Source: Felis catus
Lineage: Eukaryota
Assembly (NCBI RefSeq): GCF_018350175.1
Contig: NC_058383.1
Location: forward strand, 4,714,001-4,778,000
Length of the DNA: 64,000 nt
Reading direction: 5' to 3'
Shown here: positions 11,600-24,082 of the stretch, one piece after another
Layout of the letters: every line of letters starts with the position of its first letter
Numbering within the stretch: position 1 is the first letter of the stretch
The notes under the pieces: generated by a model
Database searches by the model: none
Told to the model about the DNA's origin: nothing
Seen by the model: the letters and a program-made list of their open reading frames with translations, nothing else
Program-made: the position numbers and the translations under genes

Positions 11600-13000
11600 C
11601 CACAGGCCCGACGCGGTGAAAGCTGCCCAGCTTCTGGAAAGAATCGCTGGAGAACGAAGGGAGGCAAGAGAGCGTTGGGGGGCGGTTGAAAAGGAAAGCT
11701 GCCCGGCTGTAGAACTCCTAGCGTTCCGCCAACCAGGCGACACTTCTCCCCACGGTCTGTCCCTCGCCACCACCTGGCCCCAGCTGCCGGCAAAGTGACT
11801 CACAGCATCTGAATGCGGTGAAATCCCGGAGCCCTGCCCCCCTTTGCTTCTTTTCCGCGTTTCTTCCGTCTTTCTCTTCTGAGGCTCCGACGGGCTCTGA
11901 TGCGTTCTTCCCGGCGGGATTCCTGCGCCTGCGGCCCGGTCCTTCCTGCCTCCGTGAAGCTGCTTTGTTCCAGGAGAGCCTAGGGGACAGACACCCGCTG
12001 GCTGGCACCTTCACCAGGGGCCCCGGACCCGCCTCCCCGAGAACACACAGCGCCTGTCAGGGAGCGCAAAGCAGGGGGCTGAGGACAAAGGCAGGCGGAC
12101 CGCCGCGAAGCGCCCTCAGCCCCCGGACAGCGCAGATTTGGGGAGCACCCCCGGCCCCCGGCGGGCAGGACCCCCGCGGCTCCCCGGGGACCCATATTCC
12201 ACGGACCCAGGGAGACACGAAAGGAGCCTCGGGATGCACACCGCCGCGGGGCGCGCGCGCGTGTGCGCGTGTGTGTGTGTGACCACAATACATTTGGGTC
12301 CGACGGGTGCACGGTGGGCAGCGCGCGACAGCCGGTCCCCGTCCTACCTCCGAGAAGCGGTAGAGCCGCCTCGGCGCCTACGAGGACGGAGACCCCGCGG
12401 CGAGCGCGGCTTCCCCCCAAAACGCCGCACTTCCTGCGCGTTCGCTCGGGGCCCTCCAGAGGCGCCCCCATTCGGTGTCGACTCGGCCCCCGCCGGGGTG
12501 GCGGGGGAGGAGGGGCGGCGTGAGAGGGCCCCGAGCGAACCCGAAGCCTCCCTCCCCACGCCCCACGCCGCAGCCTCAGGCCGTCCGCGCGGACCACGGT
12601 CCGGACCTCCCGGACCCACCGCCCGCCTTCGCGCCGCCGCACCCGAGTAGGGCCCGGGACCGCCGGCACTCTCAGCTGAGGAGAAACGCGGCGCGCCTGC
12701 GCACTAAGCACGACACCGGCCCGGCCACGCGCACCGCCCACCCCGCGGGACACTCGCCCACGTGTGGGGGCGTGGCCTGCTCGGGCCCGCCCCTTTCCCC
12801 GCCCCCAACACCTGGACTCCCTCCCCACCCCGCTCCTACGTCACCCTGACTCCCGCTCTGCCCCTCCCCCACGTCACCCAACTCCCACCTCATCCTTCCC
12901 TTCCCCCACATCGCCCCACTCCCATTCCGCCCCCACGTCACCCCCAGTTCCCCATGTTTCCCCCCCCAACCCCAGCTCCGCGACCTCTCCTGCCAGGAGG
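11600..13000 (-). promoter_or_regulatory. CpG-island promoter of a minus-strand gene; candidate first exon ~12620-12720
   Basis: CpG-dense. NRF1-type TGCGCAGGCGC near 12693-12703, GC boxes and repeated TGACGT half-CREs at 12838-12940; candidate donor GCG|GTGGGT at 12619-12614. Confidence 0.75.
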
Positions 13001-13334
13001 TGAGGGGCCTCAAAGCCGCCAAACAAGGGAGAGATTCGTGAATACAGATGAAAATTTTAACTAAATTAGTCCTTGCAATCAATTGCCCAGCCAAGCAATT
13101 GGATAATAATGAAATAACCTCCAATGATGTATATATATGAATCTTGTTCAATTTAGTTGCACTAGAAAAATAATGGAAGCAATATAAATTTAGACAATTT
13201 AAGTGTCTAATCAATGAATATGAAAAATACATTGGGGAAGGTGGTAGCCATTCAAAACTATAATGTAAGGTAAATAACTCATGTGTAACAATGTTCGTGA
13301 TCCATTTTGGAATCAAAATATAGTTGAAGATACA

Positions 13335-13545
13335 GGGCGCCTGGGTGGCTCAGTGGGTTGAGTGTTCAACTTTTGATTTCAGCTCAGGTCAGGATCCCAG
13401 GGTCGTGGGATCTGCGCTGAGTGTGAAGCCTGCTTGAGATTCTCTCTCTCTCCCTCTGCCCCTCTGCCCCTCTCCCCTGTGCACGTACATTCTCTCTCCG
13501 ATAGATACATGGATAGATAGATGGATAGATAGATAGATTCCAAGA
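13335..13545 (+). mobile_element. CanSINE with GATA microsatellite tail
   Basis: gggcgcctgggtggctcag head; tail is imperfect (GATA)n at 13500-13538. Confidence 0.88.
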
Positions 13546-13601
13546 TAGGGTCCTTTTTTAATGTGCCTATGTGCTGTAGAGAATATAAACAAATATGTGG
13601 G

Positions 13602-13800
13602 TTTTTTTTTTTAATGTTTACTTTTGAGACAGAGCAAGATAGTGCAGGGGAGGGGCAGAGAGAGAGAGAAGGACAGAGGATCTGAAGCAGGCTCTGTGCT
13701 GACAGCAGAGAGCCCGATGTAGGGCTTGAACTCACGAACCAGGAGACCATCACCTGGGCCAAAGTCAGACGCTTAACCAACTGAGCCACCCAGGTGCCCC
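13602..13800 (-). mobile_element. CanSINE
   Basis: Reverse copy ending gagccacccaggtgcccc. Confidence 0.9.
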
Positions 13801-13910
13801 TGTGTTTTTTTAAATAAACAAAGACGAACCCACAAACAGTATAGAACAGTGTAGACATTCTGGACATGGTTCATTCACAGGAGTCTAAGGATGGAATTAA
13901 CATCTGAATA

Positions 13911-14133
13911 TTTTTTTTTAATTTTTTTTTCAATGTTTATTTATTTTTGGGACAGAGAGAGACAGAGCATGAACGGGGGAGGGGCAGAGAGAGAGGGAGA
14001 CACAGAATCGGAAACAGGCTCCAGGCTCTGAGCCATCAGCCCAGAGCCTGACGCGGGGCTCGAACTCACGGACCGCGAGATCGTGACCTGGCTGAAGTCG
14101 GACGCTTAACCGACTGCGCCACCCAGGCGCCCC
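13911..14133 (-). mobile_element. Young felid CanSINE (SINEC_Fc-like)
   Basis: CpGs intact; perfect TSD aacatctgaatatt (13899-13912 and 14134-14147). Confidence 0.95.
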
Positions 14134-15364
14134 AACATCTGAATATTAATTTAAGGGACACTACCCTGAAATGCTGGCAAAGCATGTCAGCTTTACCATT
14201 CTACAATTCCTGTAAACGTTCAACTTACAATTTAACAAATCTGTATTATTTTAAAATTTGGGCTTACTATGAGATTATTAGTACTTGATTACCATTACCT
14301 CAAATCTGCACGATTAAAAGACGTATAGGAATATGACAGTACTCTACTATGTGTCCTCTATATTTGTATATAAAGTCATAGGGAAGGTCAGGATGTCTGC
14401 ACAATTAATTGGTAACAGTGATGTCTCTGGAGGAGTGGACCTAAGATCCACTTAGTATATATGACTTCAGATTTCTCTACATTTTTCTCCCCCCACAAGG
14501 AAAAGATAATTACTTATCTGTGGGATTGTAAGGCACGAGGCAGCACTGCACAGTAGTCCTGCCCAAAAAGGGGGTCAGCTCACATTTGCAAAGATGACGT
14601 CAAGCAGGGACAGCCTGGTCCTAGCTGTGGATAACTTTGATCGAGATCCTTCAAATGCCCAGACTTCAGTGCTTCCACCCATAAAGAGCAATGGGATGGG
14701 TCATGCAGTGAGTTTCCAGCTATGAGATTTCACAAGCCAATGATTTGACCATTCCAGCTGTGCATAAGTCCCCAAACTCTTGGAAATCTGGGATCTGCAA
14801 TTTCCTAACACCATGAGATAAAAGAAAGACACCACCTTGCTGTTTAGGAATAGAGTTGGCTATATGACATCGTGTTGGTGGGACTATGACTGCAGATAAA
14901 AACACGGTTGTGTGTATTTGCACGAATGTGTTCTAAGAGTGTGTCTGAGAAGCAGTTATGCAGAGGGATGGAGCTAGGCCTACAAAATCTCAGTGCCTGG
15001 GCCCAAACCGCGATTCTCCAGCCTCCCAGACCTTGAGACCTTAGGGTGGCTCTCTGTGCCTCACTTTCCTCACCTGTAAAATGGGAATGATCATTCTTAC
15101 CAGAGGCTTGTAAGGACCAAAGGAGTTGATTCAGCAGTGGCTGGCAGAGCTCTCACCCAATAAGCCAGTGATCAGGGTACATGCACAGGGTGCTGTTCGA
15201 GGCATTGGTAGCTTTTAGGTGTTTCTAAGGAATCCATCTGAATGTATACTGTCATCTTGTGTGAGTGTAGTCACATGCACCATGGTGGTGGGGGGGCACC
15301 CCAGCTTCTTTCAAATAAGGAAGGTTATAGACAAACCAAAGAGTAAGAGAATAACAACTTTATT

Positions 15365-15910
15365 ATGTTATGTGTGTGTTCCTCCCAAATTCACATGTTG
15401 AAAACCCAATCCCAACGATGGCATTTGGAGGTGGGGCCTTTGAGAGGTAATTAGGTTGTGAGGGCGGAGCCCTCATGAATGGGATTGGTGCCCTTATAAG
15501 AAGAGATCAGAGGGGCGCCTGGGTGGCTCAGTGGGTTGAGCGGCCGACTTGGGCTCAGGTCATGATCTCGCGGTCCGTGAGTTCGAGCCCCGCGTCGGGC
15601 TCTGTGCTGACAGCTCAGAGCCTGGAGCCTGTTTCAGATTCTGTGTCTCCCTCTCTCTGACCCTCCCCCGTTCATGCTCTGTCTCTCTCTGTCTCAAAAA
15701 TAAATAAACGTTAAAAAAAATTTAAAAGAAGAGATCAGAGAGCTAGTTGTGACAATAGCAGAAGTCAGTTTGCAACCCAAAAGAGGGCTCTCACCAGAAT
15801 CCAAGCGTGCTGGCACATGTCAGGCTTCCAGCCTCCAGAACTGTGGGAAATAAACGTTTGATGTTTAAGCCATCTAGTCTACAGTAATTTGTTACAACAG
15901 CCTGAACTAA
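15365..15910 (+). mobile_element. MaLR solo LTR (MLT1A/MST-like) with a SINE inserted
   Basis: cccaaattcacatgttgaaa, ggaggtggggcctttg, gcccttataag, cttccagcctccagaactgtg, aataaa: MaLR LTR hallmarks. Confidence 0.8.
15512..15725 (+). mobile_element. Young felid CanSINE within the MaLR LTR
   Basis: CpG-rich copy; TSD aagaagagatcagag. Confidence 0.95.
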
Positions 15911-16889
15911 CGCAGACCCCGTGATACTTCACACTCTCTCCATCCAGGTTCTGCAGCAACCTGTCAGGCTATGTGTTCCAGATGGCACAGGTTCAAGAAG
16001 GCAGAGCCTCCTGACCGGTCTGCCTGGTGTCTGCTGTTCCCCGATCCCCACACACATCACAGGTCTTATGAAGAACAGAAATGGACACCTGTCATGTGCC
16101 GCTATGCAGAATCTAGGGCCAGTCATTTGTCACTGAATCAAAGTCTAAGACATTGTACCAAGCTCTCCCCACCTGTAACTCAACACCAACCCTACCACGT
16201 AGCTATGCAGCCCTCTACATGTGGAAAAACTGGAATTTTTTGAGGTTAAGTCACCTGTAGAGGTCATAAAATCAGTGCATGTTGGAGTTGAGATCTGAAC
16301 CACAACCATTTTCTCAGACTTAGCTCTTAACCATAAGGCCAGATTAACACCACTCACAAAAGTATTTGTTCCCCCGTGCTGCCACCAAACCTTATGGGAG
16401 AGCCATCCAAGAGGCCATGAGGAAAGGCAGCCATCCAGAATGGACATGCCAACTGAGTCAGGCAAGGAAACAGCCCATCAGTGGTGACGTCTTCTTTCTT
16501 CCCTCCTCTTCCACCTAAGCCATGAGAACAGAAACTGTTAGAGACAGTTGCATTTGCATCCCTCGCCCTCTCTCATCTTCAAGGAGGAGAGGAAAATGCG
16601 GACACTCCAGGAGGAAATCCACTGGGATCACTCCCAGGGACCCCTCTCTCCCTCCATCCTGATAAAGCTGCTTCTCCACATTCATGGAATAAGCTGGGTC
16701 TCGGCCCAAAGGTTCGGTAATTGTGAGGGGCCCTTCCCAGGGGAGTCCTGAGGACCCTATAAAGGGCAGAAATTCAGAACCAGAAGAAAAGCATCCACCC
16801 CACTCCACACACCCCCAGGGGCTGCATCGTGAGCACAAAGAGGAAGGAAACAGGAGGGCAGCCGGCTGAAGGCGGGAAGAATGTCACTG

Positions 16890-17185
16890 ATTTAGCCCAT
16901 CCCAAGGGAGCATCATGAGACGCGGAAAGCGAGTTTCAGCCAATCGCGAGAGAGTAGGGAGCGTGGAAAGCCAGCTTTAGCCAATCCTGAGGGAGCAGCC
17001 CCCTGCGCCAGCCAATCCCCGAAGCACCAGGGGGCGTAGCGGGTAAAAGCTTCAACCAATTAGAGAACGTCATTCATCCCACCAAAGTCCCTATGAGAAA
17101 ACCGTATTAGTCCGCGGGAAGTTTTCTTTGGGGTTGCAGAAATTTGGTTTACGGAGCTCGGCTTGGGAAATGTAAGTTCTCAATT
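16890..17185. promoter_or_regulatory. CCAAT-box cluster with ZNF143-like site (promoter-like)
   Basis: CCAAT at 16940, 16981, 17012 and 17056 in NF-Y-like context; TGGGAAATGTAAGT at ~17164-17177; local CpG enrichment. Confidence 0.55.
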
Positions 17186-17719
17186 ATTAATGTGAAACAG
17201 TAATATCGTCTCCACCAGAAGGACGCCTGGTTCTTTCTCACACACACACCTGGGAACTCTCCCAGGATTCTCCAAAAGATCTAAACCATCACAAAATAAG
17301 AATTTTAGAGAATTTAGAAAATTATCATGCAAGCATCAGTAGTCAACACCTGAAATTAGAATTGGTTTGGCTATCAAGTGGATTTTTTGACTACTTGGAT
17401 TTTTTAAGGTAAACATTTCTTTTTTTAGAATTTTTTTTTAATATCCAGGAAAACTAACAAAATTTACTTTTAATTGCAAGGCATTTGATTCCTGTACTGT
17501 TTTCCTACCCCACGTAGGAGGTAACATTTCCTGCTTATAGGAAATAAATAGCTTTCTTGTAACTCTCTTCTGTGCCATTGTGTTTGTTACAACCGCAAAA
17601 ACGATGCTTCGTGAGAACTTACCACTAAAGGGTCAGCAGCTGTTTTAAGGGTTTCCACTCATCTGATTCTCAGGACAAAAGCCAGGAGGTAGCCCTTGTG
17701 TTGAGATAACAGAGGCACA

Positions 17720-20700
17720 GTTTTATTGGGGTAATAAGCGACGTAGAGTGAATTGAACATGTATGAAGTTTACAATTGGATAAGTTTTGGTGTATGAATA
17801 TACCCATAACTCCATCACCACAATCTAGATAATTAACATATTGTGCCCCCCAAAGTTTTCACATGCTCCTTTATAATCCCTGTCTCCCACTTCTCCCTGC
17901 CACCCCCCACCCCTGCCCCGCAACTTCCAGGCAATCACTGATACGCTTTCTGTCACTGTAGACGAGTTTGCATGTTCTAGAATTTTAGACTTTTATATAA
18001 AGCGTATTTCATTCCTTTTTGAATGGCTTCTTTAGGCCAACATAACTATTTTGAGAACCATCACTGTTGTTGACTGCATCAATACTCTATTCCTTTTTAT
18101 TGCCAAGGGGTCCACTGCATGAACAAACCATTATTTGTTTACCCATTCACCTATTACTGGACTTTTAGGTAGGTTCATTCCTCTTAGGTAAATACCTAGG
18201 AGTTGAATAGCTGAGTCTAGGGTAGATATATAGGTAGGTAACATTTTAAGAAACTTCCAAACTGGTTGACTATTTTCCATTCCCACCATCAGTAAATGGG
18301 AGTTTAAGTAGTTTCCTGTGCTTGCCAACACTTGGTATGGTTTAGATATTTACAGTCATTTAAAATAGGTGTGTATTGTGTAGTAGTTATCCTATCATGG
18401 CTTTAATTTGTATTTTCTTAAGATTGATGGTGCTGAGTTTCTTTTCTTGTGCTCAATTCCCACTCATATATCTACTTTAGTGATGTGTCCAAATATTTTG
18501 CCCATTCAGAAACAAACAACAAAAAAAAAAACAACGGGGTTCTTTGTTTTCTTACTATTGAACTTTCAGAGTTTTTAATGTATTTCTGGATACAACCCCT
18601 TTATCAGGTATGTGATTTGTATTATTTTCTTTCAGTCTTTTCATTGTCTTTACAATGTCTTTTGAAATTCTTGATTTTAATAAAGTCTATTTATAGGGGT
18701 TTCTTTTCTTTTATGGTTCTTGTTGTATCTCAAAAAATTATTTGCCTAACGAAACATTTATAAAATTTCCCCTGTGTTTTCTCAAAAGCTTCATGGTTTT
18801 ACATTTGGGTCTGTTATCTCCTTTGAGCTAATTCTGGTATGTTGAGAGAGGTGTGGATCAAAATACAGTTTTAGTCCAGTAGTCAAATAGGAATTTGGAA
18901 GAAGAAAATAGAGAGACTGATAGAAAGGCAATATTAGAAATTGCTGTCTAAGAATTTCCAGACTTAGGAAATATGTTCATACACCAGTTCACAAAATAGG
19001 TTCTGAGCAGGATAAACTTAAAAGTTCCCACTTTCCCATTAAGTTGCTATCTTTTTTTTTTTTTTTTTTGTAGGAGTTCATCAAGTATTTTAGATGATAG
19101 TCCCTCGTCAATTTTAGACATTTCAAATATTTCCCTCCTCTGATAGCTATTTATTTATCTCTGGAGTCCTGCATAGTGCAAAATTTATAAATTTTGAAGT
19201 GATCAGATTCATCAATTATTTGCCTCATGGCTATGATATTGGAGCTTTGTTGAGTCCTTTCCTACCCTGAGGTCCCAAAGATTTCACCTAAATTTCCTTC
19301 TGCTAATATTGTGGTTTTACCTTTGTCTTTAGGTCTTCAATGCATCAGGTATCCACCTCTTTATCTGATGTGATCCACTATTATCCAGTATTATCACCCA
19401 GCTTCTCTAACCTCATCTACCAAACAATTTGTGCTTTCTTGTCATTGGTAGGGTAAGTGAACCTCTCTTTACTCTTCTTCTTCCACAGAAATGTATCAAG
19501 GCCCTCAAAAAGCCCAACTGAAATTTTTATTGAAATTGCATTATTTATGGATTAATTTGGAGGAGAAAATCTTTGTAGTATTAAGTCATCCCCTCCCAAA
19601 GCATGATACAACCATGTATTTAAAGTGCTGGTAGAGAAACACCGTTGTTATTTGTAGGTTGATCTTATATGAACTTTTCTATAAGTTCTAGTCTGTGAGC
19701 AATGGATTCTGATGTTTTTCTAGGTATATGGTCATGTTATCTGAGAATTAGAACATTTTTAATTTATCCCATTGTAATTCTTACACCCCCTCTTTCCTTG
19801 CATGGAAACTGCAGTATTATGTTAAATGGTAGAAGGATAGTGGGCACATATGTTTCTAATTTTAAAAGAAATCTATCTAATGTTTTTTCCATTAAGTATA
19901 GTGTTTGTATAGATTTTTGCTATATAACCCTTACAAGGTTAAGACAGCCCCCTTGTGATTCTAGCTGAAGTTTAATGTTCTTTCTGTATCAATTGCAATA
20001 TATAAATTTGATGAACACTGTACACAGTTTAATTATATATGACTGTAATACATAATATTTACTCAAAGGGGTATATTATGTATAGTGATATATACAATTT
20101 AAACACAGTTATGTATGCACAGAATTTGATGACTAATAGATACAGCTTTAAAACATTCAAAAATATTGTTTTTGAGACATAAATATGCAGCGTAACTCTA
20201 ACGCATAGGAGCAGTGAACATCAAATTAATGACAGTCACTTCCACGGGGGGAAGAAAGAGAATGAAAGTAGACAGGAATACATAGATGAGCTCTACTGCA
20301 CCTGTAACATTTATTTCTAACAAAGTGAAAATTCTTGAAGCGATAAAGAAAAACACCAAGTCTGGATATGGATGAAAGATTCATGATTGTTCATTTTATA
20401 GTATATTCTCTGCGCGGGTTCTTTGAAAATTTTTAGTTAAGACAAGGGCATTCTGTTTTACCCTTCGGGTTGCCAAAGATCAAGAGGTTTGATTAACACA
20501 TACTGCTGACGATTGTGTTGGGAAAAAGGGGCCCGTGTTGTTGACCAGAGGTCCAATGTTATAAGGACTTCTGCAAAACTCAAAATCAATGTACCCTTTG
20601 ACAGAGAAATTCCATTCCAGGAATTTATCATACTAATCATACTAGCAGGCGTGTGCAAAGGGCATATATGCCTTCCTGCATTGGTTGTGGTAGCAAAAAA

Positions 20701-20950
20701 GAGGGAGCATCTAAAATGTCCATTCAAGGGGAGCTGAGTGAATAAATGTAACATTCATACAATGCAACTATGTGGCATTAAAATGAAGACGTAGATCCCC
20801 TTGTACTGATTAGAAAGTGACTTCAGGATACAAGGTTAAGAGGGTAAAAGTATCCTGTTTGTTATTCCAGCATTTTGTTTAAAAAGAAGGTAGGGATATA
20901 TATGCATTTGAATATGTATATAGTTTCTCTGGGACACAAGAGATTAGTAA
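17720..20950. mobile_element. Patchwork of highly decayed old LINE-1 fragments on both strands
   Basis: Minus-strand L1 3'-end/ORF2-like T-rich blocks (17720-18850, 19030-19990) and plus-strand pieces. Confidence 0.6.
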
Positions 20951-21744
20951 CAGCAGGTGCCTTTCACGAAGGGAACAGCAAGTGGGTGTGACTCCTAGTA
21001 GGTGTGAGAAAAAGAATCAACCTTTCCCCCTCCCCCCTCTAATCTAAAGCCTTGTGATATGTTTGAATTTGTATAATATGTATTAAGTTTTCAAACAGAT
21101 AAAAGCATTTGTATCAACGGTATTTTAGTATCCTCCTCACCCTTTTGTTTTGCCTTTTCTCAGCAGCTGTTTCCAAAAAGGCAGTCTGTAGTTGCTTCTT
21201 TGGGGCTGAGGAGGAACCAGGCTTTGGAAGATAAGGGGGGCAGAGGGGCTCCCCAACTCAATAGCGAATCGTCACTAGCTAGGGACCACTCCAGACCTGG
21301 TGTCTTTGTGTCTAGATGTCGCCTTTCCCCCCCCTTCGCTTTCCCCCAGGCACGTTTATTGCATGAATTCTTTTTACAGGCACTGTGCTAGTCAGAGGAA
21401 GAGAACAAAATAAGCTGTCCCCACCTTGTTGGATGGTAGTGGCCCACGGAGGAGACCGTCATTAAACCAGGAACACAAGTAATCCTGTAATTTGTGCCAA
21501 GAACCTTGAAAGTGAGAATTTAAGAGGGTGGAACAGGGAAATCTACATTCGGTAAGGGGAGCAGAAGACCTGTCTGACAAGCAGATGGTTATGCTGGAGC
21601 TTTGCCATTTTAGGACTCTTTCCGGTACAAGTGCAGAAATCCAATCCAAGAGAGCTTAAGCCAAAAACGGAAAACTGCTGTGTATAAGTAACTCAAGAGC
21701 CTTGGATGGGGCTCAGGGGAGGGAGCATCAGGAGTGACTGTTTG

Positions 21745-21885
21745 TGGGGACACAAAAATGTTTGGGAACTAGACAGAGGTGCTGGTTGTACAACACTGGA
21801 AATGTACTAAGTGCCACTGATCTGTACGCTTCAAAATGGTTACTTTTATGTGACATACATTTCACCTCAATTTAAAAAAAAAAAA
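21745..21885 (+). mobile_element. Short LINE-1 3' terminal fragment with poly(A)
   Basis: gtactaagtgccactga...ttcacctcaattt(A)n. Confidence 0.7.
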
Positions 21886-22599
21886 GTGCCTGTGATTCTA
21901 CGGCGAGGATCCCAGATCATTAGGAACGGCCTCTGTGGGTGAAGTAGTTAGTAACATCCAGCGGGAGAAGGACAGATGTGTTCTGACCCTGTTCACCAAG
22001 GTTCCTTAATGCTCCGATGGCACTCTAAGTCAGATACGGGAATGATGCACCCGCAGTCTCCTGACATGACCCGCAAAAACCGTCCAGAACCATCTAGTTA
22101 CCACCTTCTGTGTATGGAAGTCACGGTGTTTGCTGATCTTTGGTGGGTAGCTTCATCTGTGATCTGTGCCTGGCTGACACATTACAACCTTGGGACCAGA
22201 CGGTGACAACCCACAAATCTTGGTGTGTGCAAGTAGCTTCCTGTGGGGTTCCCTGTTGATGGCAGGGGTTAAGGATATGGTGAGTGGGCATGGGTACCCA
22301 TTCTCATTTCCTTCTAAGTGTGCCTGCTGGGGCTGGAACGCTGACTACTGCATTTCCCAGGCTTCCTTGCTTCTAGGGTTCTGGAATCAAATTAGGCCCT
22401 CCAGTTAGATGCACTTGGGTAAGATTTGGCAGACAGAGGAGAAGAGGGCACATCTTCCTGATGCTTTGCATATTGTGCCAGCAAAAGCACTGTGTGTCTC
22501 TTTTGTTTGTTTGGTTTTGTTTTTTGTTTTTTTGGGTTTTTTGTAGGCCGTCCAATGCCCAGCACCAGATCCATAAATGAGCATAACACTTGGAAATAG

Positions 22600-22800
22600 A
22601 GGCACCTGGGTGGCTCAGTCGGTTAAGCTTCCAACTCTTGATTTCGGCTCGGGTCGTGATCTCAGTTTGTGGGATCCAGCCCCATGTTGGGCTCTGTGCT
22701 GACAGCTCAGAGTCTGCTTGGCATCCTCTCTCTCCTCTCTCTGCTCCTCCCCAGCTTATGCTCTCTCTGTCTCTCAAAATAAATAAACATTAAAAAAAAA
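22600..22800 (+). mobile_element. CanSINE
   Basis: Head, body and tail; tggaaata flanking repeat. Confidence 0.9.
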
Positions 22801-23851
22801 GTGGAAATAAAGCAAATTCACATTTTTGTCACCTGTCCTTCATGTTGCCATCTCTACCTGGAAAGAACCTAAAGGGGACAGGACACAAGGATCAGCATCT
22901 TGGCACAGTGATTCAGGAAGGCATGGCTGCTGCTAGGACTGTTGTCACCTAAGTGGGTGACACCTGGCCCAGACCTTCTAAGAATGGGCTGACCATTTGG
23001 AAAGGAAGTCCTTGAATGAACACCACGGCCGGGCCTGTGTGCATTGGCTATTGTAAAGGGCTAGGTTTGGGATGGGAGCTAGGGACAGGTGGCAAGATGA
23101 GATGGAGATAAAGCCCAGAGTGCCACGAGCCAGGATCCAAGAAAAGAGCTTCCCCAGGATTTGCACGAGAGAGAGACCAGACAATGGAGAATTAAGAAAA
23201 GCCTGGAAAGGCAGGATGCCTGCCAAGACGGGAGCCCATCCCTGTGTTCTCATTTGCATCCACCCTGGTAGTGAGTAGAAAAGAGCCACCGCTCACCTGG
23301 TCAAGGGGAGGGATCCTGGCCAAAGACGTCCTGGTGAATCAGTTACTGCAGGGGCACAGCGGATGTTCCCCCATCGTTTTTGGACTCTCCGGGGTCTCAG
23401 TAGGAGGCAGTGCCTATGTCCCACTATAGATGCCAAAGGGGCCAGGGATTCTCAACCTCCTGGCAGCTGGAAAACGCCCCTGACCCAATCTCAGCCAATC
23501 ACATGCTTCCTCCCACCTGGAACTTTGAATCTTCGGGGAATAATGCGAATACAGAGGGTGTATTGAGAAATTACTCTGGCAGCTGCAGCTGCTGGTCATC
23601 CCAACTGGAGGGTTCCTGGGGCAGAACCTTGGCTGTGTCTCCACTGCCGAGCCCACCTTGATCTCGCTCTTGGAGACCCCAGGTACTTGCTGCTTTTCTG
23701 CTCAGCCATTCTCAGCATGTGGCTGCCACCCTCAAAGTGACTTCATTGTCTCAAGATGACAGCTGAGCTCTACCCATCACATCGGCATTTCAGGTACAAG
23801 AAAAGGAGAATCAAAGGGCAAAAAGGCACGCCTTCCAGCTGAGTCAGGCCC

Positions 23852-24082
23852 TTTTTTTTTTTTTTTAATTTTTTTTTTTCAACGTTTATTTATTTTTGGG
23901 ACAGAGAGAGACAGAGCATGAACGGGGGAGGGGCAGAGAGAGAGGGAGACACAGAATCGGAAACAGGCTCCAGGCTCTGAGCCATCAGCCCAGAGCCCGA
24001 CGCGGGGCGCGAACTCACGGACCGCGAGATCGTGACCTGGCTGAAGTCGGACGCTTAACCGACTGCGCCACCCAGGCGCCCC
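23852..24082 (-). mobile_element. Young felid CanSINE (SINEC_Fc-like)
   Basis: CpGs intact; perfect TSD gagtcaggccctttt (23841-23855 and 24083-24097). Confidence 0.95.

Noticed and set aside
10610..13000. Naming the left gene ZNF12
   Set aside because: Only four residues are visible, the phase is atypical and the orientation differs from my recollection of ZNF12; symbol left blank.
11818..13316. Overlapping ORFs in the left CpG island
   Set aside because: Same GC artefact; no recognisable protein.
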